This document shows, piece by piece, positions 16,108-22,506 of a DNA stretch of 25,454 bases; positions within the stretch are counted from its first letter, which is position 1; each line of letters starts with the position of its first letter. Source of the DNA: a virus. Lineage: Duplodnaviria > Caudoviricetes. The position numbers and the translations under genes were made by a program. The notes under the pieces were generated by a model that saw only the letters and a program-made list of their open reading frames with translations, was not told the origin of the DNA and did no database searches. Location: positions 1 to 25,454 of IMG/VR virus record IMGVR_UViG_3300012352_000834, one strand, 5' to 3'.

Positions 16108-18517
16108 GATGGGTATTTTCGCGTCTACAGCACCCGGATATTACGCTCGTGGCATCCCCGTCATCCCGCTTCACCGCAAGGAAAAGCGGCCGATCCCGCT
16201 CGATTGGTCCCGTTTTCACGACATGCCGGTCGAGCCAGAGCTCCAGAATGACTGGATCCAGGGCTATGCCGAGGGCAACATCGGCATCGTGCTGGGCAAA
16301 CAGTCCGGTGTGGTCATGCTCGACATCGACACCGAGGACCAGGCCCTCATTTCGCTGATCACCGGCCTGCTTCCGAAGTCCCCGTGGGTGCGTATCGGCC
16401 AGAAAGGCATGGTTCTCGCCTACAAATACACCGGCCTGCGGACGTTCCGGATCAAGAACATGTCGGGGGAGTCGATCTGCGAACTCCTGTCGGAACGGAC
16501 CCAGTGCGTTCTCCCGCCGTCGATCCACCCCAAGACCCAGCAGCCCTACAAGGCCAACTGTGACCTTCTCTCGGTGATCGACCGCCTGCCTGTGCTCGAT
16601 GCCCAGGTCGAGAGCATCCTGCGTGGCGCTCTGGATGCCAATGGGGTGAAGCTGTCCCACTCGGGGTGGACCCGGGTGACCGATTACGTGTCGTCGGGTA
16701 GCCGCGACGTGTCGATGACCGAGAAGGCCGGCCTCTTCGCCTATGCTGTGATGCGTGGTGAGCGGACGCTCAAAGAAGCGATCGGCATGCTGCGGTCCTA
16801 CCACACCGAGTTCATCGAGAACGTGGCTGGTGACGACGTCGAGGTCGAGAAGCACATCGACAACATGATCAAGTTCCTGCACCGGGACGTGTTCGAGAAG
16901 AAGAAGGCCCTGCCTGAAAGCTGGGACGAGGGCCTGACCGCGGAAGACAAGGAACAGCTGGGCCTGCAGTTCGACAAGGAACACGAAGAGTGGTCCTTCG
17001 AAGAGATGCGCGACTATCTGCGTGACGAGTTCGAACGCCACCCGGAGCAGAGCTCGGGCCGGTCGCGCGCCGTCGACTACATCCTGGACCGCATCGCCCG
17101 CAGCCAAGGGATCAACCGCCTCGAGGAAGACCGGTTGATGCAGTACATGGTCGATACCGCGGGTCTCGATCTGCGGATCTCGTCGCTGCGGAACCGGTTG
17201 CGCGAGTTGCGTTCCGGGGAACTGGACGGCACCGACCATTCCCAGATCGCCGAGGCTGTGATCAAGGATCTCGAGCAGATCTTCGAGCTCCGCTACCACA
17301 ACAACATGATCTGGAAGTGGAGCGGCTCTCACTGGGAGATGCTCGACGACCGTGAGATCAAGTCGAAGATCTCGTCCGACTACGGCAACCTGCCCGCTGC
17401 CAAGAAGGCCAATGACCACAAGGGGATCTTGGAGATCATCAAGGTGCGCCTGCAGAAGGGCATCAAGGGCATGGACGTGAAGGGCATCAACTTCGCCAAC
17501 GGGTATCTCACGGAAGAGCGGGTTCTGATGCCGCACAGCGTGGAATACGGTGCGACCTACACCCTACCCTTCCGCTACCTCGAAGAGATGACGGCCCAGT
17601 GCCCGATGTTCTTCAAGCTGCTCGAAGACTCGTGGGGCCATGACAGCGACTATCTGGCGAAGCTGGATGCGCTGCAGGAAGCGCTCTGCGTCACCCTCTT
17701 CGGGATCGGGCCCCGGCTGCAGCGCGTCGTGCTCCTGAAGGGTGTGCCGAAGTCGGGCAAGAGCCAGGTGCTGACGATCGCCCAGTCCTTGGTCCCTGAC
17801 AACGCCAAGTCCTTCGTGCCGCCGAACGAGTGGGCCGACAAGTTCATGCCGACCCAGATGAACGAGAAGCTCATCAACGTGTGCGGCGAGTTGTCGGAGA
17901 GCAAGAAGATCGACGGTCAGCGCTTCAAGGACATCGTCGACGGAGCCGAGATGTCAGGCCAGCACAAGGGCCGCGACATCTTCAATTTCCGGCCGATCTG
18001 CACTCACTGGTTTGCCTCGAACCACACTCCGAAGACCACGGACTCGTCGGAGGGTTTCAATCGCCGGTGGCTGATCCTGGAGTTCAACAAGCCAGTGCCG
18101 GCCGAGAACCGGAAGCTGGGCATCGGCGACATCATCGTCGCAGAAGAGCGGGAAGCCATTGCCGCTTGGGCTGTGCTGGCGATGCCTCGTCTCTTGGAGA
18201 AGCGCGAGTATACCTTGCCGGATAGCCACAAGCAGCTGATCCGCGAGATTGCACAGGAGAACAACTCCGTCCGTTTTTTTATCGAGGAGAGTCCGAAGAT
18301 TCGCGTGAGTACTTCGGGCCGCATCTCCGAAACGAAACTGTTCAGCGAGTATTGGAGTTTCTGCTTCGGGCCGGGGAATGCGAGGCCTGTTACGTCGAAG
18401 GCCTTCCGCAATGCTATGCGGGAGCTCCAGCAGGAGAAGGGCTTCCGCCTGGTCATCCAGACGAACCCGTTGGGAGCTCAGGAAGCATTCTACGATTGCC
18501 TCATTCTTGCGGACTGA
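16100..18517 (+). CDS. Bifunctional primase-polymerase (Prim-Pol) fused to P4/D5-family SF3 helicase with C-terminal winged helix (start GTG 16100 or ATG 16109)
   Basis: VIPL..KEKRP, NIGIVLGKQSGVVMLDID, VLPPSIHPKT (Prim-Pol); INFANG (D5_N); Walker A GVPKSGKS, Walker B NVCGE, motif C FASNH, GFNRRW. Confidence 0.93.
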   Translation: MPEMGIFASTAPGYYARGIPVIPLHRKEKRPIPLDWSRFHDMPVEPELQNDWIQGYAEGNIGIVLGKQSGVVMLDIDTEDQALISLITGLLPKSPWVRIGQKGMVLAYKYTGLRTFRIKNMSGESICELLSERTQCVLPPSIHPKTQQPYKANCDLLSVIDRLPVLDAQVESILRGALDANGVKLSHSGWTRVTDYVSSGSRDVSMTEKAGLFAYAVMRGERTLKEAIGMLRSYHTEFIENVAGDDVEVEKHIDNMIKFLHRDVFEKKKALPESWDEGLTAEDKEQLGLQFDKEHEEWSFEEMRDYLRDEFERHPEQSSGRSRAVDYILDRIARSQGINRLEEDRLMQYMVDTAGLDLRISSLRNRLRELRSGELDGTDHSQIAEAVIKDLEQIFELRYHNNMIWKWSGSHWEMLDDREIKSKISSDYGNLPAAKKANDHKGILEIIKVRLQKGIKGMDVKGINFANGYLTEERVLMPHSVEYGATYTLPFRYLEEMTAQCPMFFKLLEDSWGHDSDYLAKLDALQEALCVTLFGIGPRLQRVVLLKGVPKSGKSQVLTIAQSLVPDNAKSFVPPNEWADKFMPTQMNEKLINVCGELSESKKIDGQRFKDIVDGAEMSGQHKGRDIFNFRPICTHWFASNHTPKTTDSSEGFNRRWLILEFNKPVPAENRKLGIGDIIVAEEREAIAAWAVLAMPRLLEKREYTLPDSHKQLIREIAQENNSVRFFIEESPKIRVSTSGRISETKLFSEYWSFCFGPGNARPVTSKAFRNAMRELQQEKGFRLVIQTNPLGAQEAFYDCLILAD
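18255..18328 (+). other. Candidate -1 programmed ribosomal frameshift signal in primase-helicase
   Basis: AGGAG 18255-18259; in-frame heptamer T TTT TTT 18274-18280; stem-loop 18286-18328 starting 5 nt downstream. Confidence 0.55.
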
Positions 18518-18603
18518 GGGGCTTCGCGATCGTTGAGAAGGAGTGGTACGACCGCCTCGCCTTCTTCAAGACCCTGGAGAAAGAAAAGAGGGACCGGTCT
18601 TAG
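18280..18603 (+). CDS. -1 frame extension (107 aa) with CEAC-x7-C and HSC; alternative helicase C-terminus or overlapping small gene (TTG 18352)
   Basis: Frame open 18226-18603, no ATG/GTG; part beyond the helicase stop has typical phage codons and ends in the terminator loop. Confidence 0.5.
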   Translation, partial: YRGESEDSREYFGPHLRNETVQRVLEFLLRAGECEACYVEGLPQCYAGAPAGEGLPPGHPDEPVGSSGSILRLPHSCGLRGFAIVEKEWYDRLAFFKTLEKEKRDRS

Positions 18604-18617
18604 GACCGGTCCCTTTT
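18584..18617. terminator. Bidirectional intrinsic terminator between convergent genes
   Basis: AGGGACCGGTC-TTAG-GACCGGTCCCT flanked by AAAAG and TTT. Confidence 0.8.
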
Positions 18618-18656
18618 AAGTCATTCACCAACAGGAGGGCAGAAGTATCGAGGCCA

Positions 18657-18965
18657 CTATTTCATATGACCGCAGATCTCGTCAAGGACTCCATGGTAGC
18701 GGGCTACCTGATAGGCCTTGTTGCTGTTCATCTGAAACTCTGACCGTGTTTCGAACTTCAAGGCCTCGGCCTTCAGCTGCTCGATCGTCCACTTCTTTCT
18801 GAGGTCTGGCATGTGGGCGCAGATCTGATCAAGGAGCCCATTGCACCAGGCGTAGCGGTAGTGCTTGGGGCTTTTCAGGCTGAAGTCGCGCCGGCTCTCA
18901 TACTTGTTGGCCTCTTCCTGCAGCTCCTCGATGGTTGGTGGCTTGTATTTCTTTGCTCGGCCCAT
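18657..18965 (-). CDS. Small basic protein made of two ~50-aa repeats (TIE.L..EA.K.E.R..F...S.K.Y..A...G.LD.IC.HM); putative DNA-binding
   Basis: Clear internal duplication; GGAG RBS; resembles repeats I associate with phage homing-endonuclease-like proteins. Confidence 0.7.
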   Translation of the reverse strand: MGRAKKYKPPTIEELQEEANKYESRRDFSLKSPKHYRYAWCNGLLDQICAHMPDLRKKWTIEQLKAEALKFETRSEFQMNSNKAYQVARYHGVLDEICGHMK

Positions 18966-19110
18966 GCTCTCGTCTCCATTTGTGTGATTTCGTCGTAGCT
19001 CAACATATAGTATGTTGAAAGGTGAATTTCCAAAAATTTCACGCGGAGAAACTCGGCATAGTTGGGGGCGGGCGGATTTTGGGGCTTAAAAATAGGTGTC
19101 CACCTTGCCC

Positions 19111-19178
19111 GGTCCTGCCCGGTCCTGCCCGGTCCTGCCCGGTCCTGCCCGGTCCTGCCCGCGCTGCCCGCGCTGCCC
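19111..19178. repeat. (GGTCCTGCCC)x5 followed by (GCGCTGCCC)x2
   Basis: Perfect tandem copies read directly. Confidence 0.97.
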
Positions 19179-19181
19179 GTG

Positions 19182-19322
19182 GCAAGCCCTGAAAATAGGG
19201 CTTGCATCAGCGTGAAATATGCTATCTAACATGGTGCACGGCCCTAGCCCTGCCCGCGCTTGATTGCGTGGGCAGGGGTCGGGGAAGGTGTAGGCGAAAC
19301 AAGGCAAAACCCCAAATTGGGG
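19182..19322 (+). promoter_or_regulatory. Hairpin-rich leader/promoter region of the Ala-rich gene
   Basis: IRs at 19182-19205 (GCAAGCCCT/AGGGCTTGC), 19248-19277 (12 bp, one G-U) and 19310-19322; CTTGCA...CTATCT promoter-like boxes with a short 15-nt spacer. Confidence 0.45.
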
Positions 19323-19344
19323 CTAACATGGAAAGGCTAGACTA

Positions 19345-20139
19345 ATGGAAAACTTCGCAGGCTATGCATGGCAGCAATTCGCAATTGGCAATGACGCCAA
19401 GGTCAACGCAATAGTGGGGCTTGCCCTTGATATTGCCGCCACGGTTCAGGACTGGCAGGGCGCGGGCAGCAAGAAAAGCAAGGCGGAATGTGTGGCCAGT
19501 CTGAAAACCGCCTTGATTCTGGCAAAGGTGCCCGACACTTCGCGCGATCGTTTTGCCGCCACGGTTGAAGGGCTTGTTACTCGTTTGGCGGCAGACCTTC
19601 GCGCGCCCTTGGATGCTGTCCGGGCTGCCATGGTGGCGGCAGACGCGCCAATGACGGCAGAGGCAGCGGTTGAACGTATCCGGGCAGACCTTTCCGCCAT
19701 TGGCGTGGAAAACTTGGGTTTTCTTGAAACGTATGCCCGCAAAGGCAAGCCCGGTATCGCTGCCCTTGCGGCAGAGTTTAAGGCAAAGGCAGAGGCGCGG
19801 GCAGCCCTTGCCAATATGTCAGAGGCAGAGGCGGCAGAGGCAGCCAAGGCAGAGGCAGACGCGGCAGAGGCAGCCAAGGCAGACGCAAGCCCAAGGGCAA
19901 AGGCTGCCAAGCAAGTGGCGGCAATTCTGGCAGCCTTTGCAAAACACTCTGACAATATGTCAGATGAAGAATTGCGCGCCATTGCTGCCGCCGTGGGGGA
20001 AGTAACGGCCAAGCGGGCAGCCCTTGCCACGGCAGCACGGCTTGCCAATGAAAAGGCAGAGGCGGCAGAGGCAAAGGGCAAGGCGGACATTGAGGCAAGC
20101 AATGCCCGCGTTGAAAAGGCAGCGGGCAAGGCAGCCTAA
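19345..20139 (+). CDS. Ala/Glu/Lys-rich helical protein (264 aa), probable immediate-early gene
   Basis: GAAAGG RBS, own terminator, atypical codon usage (GCA, CTT, GTT, ATT). Confidence 0.8.
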   Translation: MENFAGYAWQQFAIGNDAKVNAIVGLALDIAATVQDWQGAGSKKSKAECVASLKTALILAKVPDTSRDRFAATVEGLVTRLAADLRAPLDAVRAAMVAADAPMTAEAAVERIRADLSAIGVENLGFLETYARKGKPGIAALAAEFKAKAEARAALANMSEAEAAEAAKAEADAAEAAKADASPRAKAAKQVAAILAAFAKHSDNMSDEELRAIAAAVGEVTAKRAALATAARLANEKAEAAEAKGKADIEASNARVEKAAGKAA

Positions 20140-20165
20140 GCCCTAGCCCCACGGCGCAAGCCCCT

Positions 20166-20196
20166 AGCCCCACGGCGCAAGCCGTGGGGCTTTTTT
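20166..20196 (+). terminator. Strong intrinsic terminator with GCAA tetraloop; 5' arm duplicated (21-bp direct repeat 20141-20182)
   Basis: AGCCCCACGGC-GCAA-GCCGTGGGGCT-TTTTT. Confidence 0.92.
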
Positions 20197-20206
20197 GCCG
20201 TCTGAC

Positions 20207-20226
20207 ATATGCAAATATTTGCATAT
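20207..20226. promoter_or_regulatory. Perfect 20-bp palindrome ATATGCAAATATTTGCATAT
   Basis: Self-complementary, AT-rich, intergenic; function unknown. Confidence 0.6.
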
Positions 20227-20240
20227 TTGCAGGTATGCCC

Positions 20241-20342
20241 TGCCCCATCCTTCCGTCTAGGTCTGGGATGGGTCTGGGTATGCCCCATCCTTCCGCCTAG
20301 GTCTGGGATGGGTCTGGGTATGACGTCCCAGACCCATCCCAG
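20241..20342. repeat. 40-bp direct repeat x2 (1 mismatch) plus inverted copy of its 3' part
   Basis: 20241-20280 vs 20281-20320; CTGGGATGGGTCTGGG (20303-20318) pairs with CCCAGACCCATCCCAG (20327-20342). Confidence 0.92.
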
Positions 20343-20456
20343 CCCAGACCTTCGGAAATCAATCTTTGCCGTTCGCGTTCTCCTTTGAGAAACGCGACCC
20401 TCGAAAATTTGGAATTTTTTCCAGGTTTCGAGGTTTTCCCCAATTTGGAGGTATCC

Positions 20457-20657
20457 ATGTCGCCAGAAGAAAAAGCGCAAGCCTGGGCTTTTCAGCTCAT
20501 GCATCAAGTTTCCCAGCACGAGCGCGCCGTGTTCAACGCCTCGGCCCCCATTCCTCTGCCTGCTGCCAAGCCGCCAGAGTTGACCAAGCCCGGCACCCGC
20601 CGTGTGCCGCCGGTTCCCCGTGGCCATGGGCCATGTCAGCGGTGGGGTGTGCGCTGA
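20457..20657 (+). CDS. Hypothetical Pro-rich protein (66 aa)
   Basis: GGAGG RBS before ATG 20457; stop overlaps next ATG. Confidence 0.65.
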   Translation: MSPEEKAQAWAFQLMHQVSQHERAVFNASAPIPLPAAKPPELTKPGTRRVPPVPRGHGPCQRWGVR

Positions 20658-20809
20658 TGTGTGTCCTGATCGCTAACGGCGAAACACTCGCCACAGGGTT
20701 GAGCCATGCCGCTGCCATGCGGGAGGCCAAAGTCGCTGCGCGCTTGTTCAATACAACCGTGACGGTCGTAAATCTGATGACAAAGGAGACCACGCTGTGG
20801 ACAAACTGA
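20657..20809 (+). CDS. Hypothetical protein (50 aa)
   Basis: TGATG coupling; MCVLIANGETLATGLSHAAAMREAKVAARLFNTTVTVVNLMTKETTLWTN. Confidence 0.6.
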   Translation: MCVLIANGETLATGLSHAAAMREAKVAARLFNTTVTVVNLMTKETTLWTN

Positions 20810-20958
20810 TCGAAATGACCGCTGACGGACGTCTTGCAATCGCCTGGATTGCGGTCGCTGTGCTCTTGGTGGGCATCGCTGCGGACCTGATAGTCACCTT
20901 CCGGGACCGTAACCGGAGGGTATCCAGGACCAAAATGTCTGACAAGAGGCATTTTTGA
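20797..20958 (+). CDS. Small single-pass membrane protein (53 aa) with basic C-tail; missing from ORF track
   Basis: AAGGAG RBS, GTG start; MDKLIEMTADGRLAIAWIAVAVLLVGIAADLIVTFRDRNRRVSRTKMSDKRHF. Confidence 0.7.
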   Translation: MDKLIEMTADGRLAIAWIAVAVLLVGIAADLIVTFRDRNRRVSRTKMSDKRHF

Positions 20959-21023
20959 TCTTGCGAAGATTGAAACCGGAAGGGGATCGCGCGCTGAGCG
21001 CTCAACCTATGGTGTCGCTCCTC

Positions 21024-21258
21024 GTATGCTACTTCTTGTATGCTACTTTTTTCGGGGCCTTGTAAGGCCCTGATTTTGTTTCTCTTTCTTCTTCTTTTTT
21101 CTTTTTAGTAGAATGGATAAAAAGAGAAAAAGAAGTATTAGAAAAGAAGAGAGCTATAGTATAATTAAATAAGAGTAGAGAAATGAAAAACAGAAAAACG
21201 TCCATGCGACTTTTCTGTTTGACCTCTCCTGGGTGTGTTTGAGGACTATAGTATAGTC
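21024..21258. other. AT-rich non-coding segment, candidate replication origin/early promoter cluster
   Basis: GTATGCTACTT x2, pyrimidine tract then purine tract forming an imperfect IR, two CTATAGTATA motifs. Confidence 0.45.
21055..21090 (+). terminator. Possible intrinsic terminator
   Basis: GGGCCT-TGTA-AGGCCC followed by a T-rich tract. Confidence 0.5.
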
Positions 21259-21382
21259 GCTCCCCCCAGCCCTACCGCCTCAGCTGCGCCTAAGCACACT
21301 GGCCACTCGGCCTGTGGTTGATTCTGCGTGGCTGATTCCTAGGCCTTAGTGGCCAGCAACTCGAAGCATTCGGAGAACCCCT

Positions 21383-21508
21383 ATGACCACCCTACTGGGC
21401 ATGCATCCCGCGAAAACTGCAAAGTTGGCAAGCCACGCCAAAGTGAGCGCCGTATCAGGTTCCGGGACTAGGAAGAAACCTGCGCGATCATTCAAACCCA
21501 GTGCGTGA
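21383..21508 (+). CDS. Small basic peptide (41 aa)
   Basis: GGAGA RBS; MTTLLGMHPAKTAKLASHAKVSAVSGSGTRKKPARSFKPSA; stop overlaps GTG 21505. Confidence 0.4.
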   Translation: MTTLLGMHPAKTAKLASHAKVSAVSGSGTRKKPARSFKPSA

Positions 21509-21549
21509 AGCTGGGTCACTTCTACTGCAATTCAATCCGTGAGGATCAC

Positions 21550-22026
21550 ATGACCACCGATATCTCGACCTTATCTCGCCTGTTCCCCGATCAGGGCAAC
21601 ACGATGCTTGGCATCTATGCTGATCCGCGTCAGCCCGACCGGATCATCAAGATGGTCGACCCGACCCGCGATGGCTACTTCGCCTACGCCGCCTGGCTGC
21701 TGACCAACCAGACACGCAGCCCTCATCTTCTGAAGGTCTACGCGATCGAGGTTTTGGAACCGAACCGCGCCCTCGTAACTGTCGAACGTCTGGAGGATGG
21801 TCACCCTCTCCCTGACGAGCAGGTCTACGACATTGGGTCCAAGATCTCCGGTTACGAGAGCATCTATAATTCGAACCCGCCACCCATGCTCGTTGAAGCA
21901 GCCGAGATGATCTACCAAGACCTCGGCAAGAGCTGGTGGGGTGATCTACACAAGGGCAACTTCATGACTCGGGCCGATGGCACGATTGTCATCAACGATC
22001 CCCTCGCAGGAAGGATTCATTGCTAA
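21550..22026 (+). CDS. Ser/Thr protein kinase, T7 gp0.7 kinase-domain-like (alternative start GTG 21505)
   Basis: YADPRQPDRIIK (catalytic Lys), PHLLKVY, VERL, DLHKGNFM catalytic loop, VINDP; GAGGA RBS. Confidence 0.8.
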   Translation: MTTDISTLSRLFPDQGNTMLGIYADPRQPDRIIKMVDPTRDGYFAYAAWLLTNQTRSPHLLKVYAIEVLEPNRALVTVERLEDGHPLPDEQVYDIGSKISGYESIYNSNPPPMLVEAAEMIYQDLGKSWWGDLHKGNFMTRADGTIVINDPLAGRIHC

Positions 22027-22310
22027 TGGCACTGCACTGGCAACTCCCCGAAGGCAAGACAATCGGGTCGCCCCACGCCAACAACCTGGTCTGGTTCACC
22101 CTTCTGGCCCAGATCGGCCACCTGACCCCCAAATCGCTCCCAGAGTTCACGCGCAGGCTGAAGCTCTGGCAAGCGCACATGGATGATTTCCGGATCGATC
22201 CCGCAATCCTGCCCGAGTTCATCGGTCTCAGGACCAATGTCTCCGACACCACCAAGACCGAGTGGAACAAGTGGTTCATGACAAAGCTGGAGTCGAGGCT
22301 CCCGCAATGA
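22026..22310 (+). CDS. Hypothetical protein (94 aa)
   Basis: TAATG coupling to kinase; MALHW...IGLRTNVS. Confidence 0.75.
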   Translation: MALHWQLPEGKTIGSPHANNLVWFTLLAQIGHLTPKSLPEFTRRLKLWQAHMDDFRIDPAILPEFIGLRTNVSDTTKTEWNKWFMTKLESRLPQ

Positions 22311-22414
22311 TCTGGACCATCCGCACCGCCTCAGGTCGACGGAGAGGCCGTTTTCCGAGCCGCTCAGCAGCTCTGGCCCATTGCGGGCCCGGGGATAGCC
22401 CAGAACCCTTATAG
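22307..22414 (+). CDS. Small basic peptide (35 aa)
   Basis: ATGA overlap, GAGG upstream; MIWTIRTASGRRRGRFPSRSAALAHCGPGDSPEPL. Confidence 0.45.
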   Translation: MIWTIRTASGRRRGRFPSRSAALAHCGPGDSPEPL

Positions 22415-22506
22415 CCCCTCAGCGGGCAGCCTATCGAGTCCCAGGCCCTAGGTGCAAAACGCACCTACGGCCAATGACTACATATGTCTGTAATTTGGAG
22501 ATCACT

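Noticed and set aside
8-17536. Many long opposite-strand ORFs (e.g. 8-874, 3678-5117, 8221-9966, 12062-13312 on +; 16067-17536 on -)
   Set aside because: Antisense shadows of GC3-biased genes; no RBS or motifs, and fully overlapping well-supported genes
18274-18280. Sequencing error or transcriptional slippage at the T run
   Set aside because: Zero frame continues into an intact winged-helix-like C-terminus, so no indel is needed, and seven T is short for polymerase slippage; kept only as a ribosomal frameshift candidate
19000-19018. N4-type virion RNA polymerase hairpin promoter
   Set aside because: No virion RNAP or N4-like genes in window; stem and loop differ between motif copies
19086-19307. 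ORFs crossing the 10-bp repeats (GQDRAGPGRT..., 18875-19207 and 19086-19307)
   Set aside because: Translation of a non-triplet DNA repeat; no RBS or coding bias
19446-20129. 227-aa antisense ORF over the Ala-rich gene
   Set aside because: Mirror of GCA/GAG-rich codons; the plus-strand gene has the RBS and terminator
20241-20342. 40-bp repeats as a mini-CRISPR array
   Set aside because: Copies are directly adjacent with no spacers, only two units, no cas genes
19024-20418. AATTTCCAAAAATTTC and GAAAATTTGGAATTT as terminal inverted repeats of an inserted element
   Set aside because: Match is short, gapped and low-complexity; no transposase or target duplication
21113-21172. Mini-ORF MDKKRKRSIRKEESYSIIK in the purine tract
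   Set aside because: By-product of A/G skew; no RBS, 19 aa
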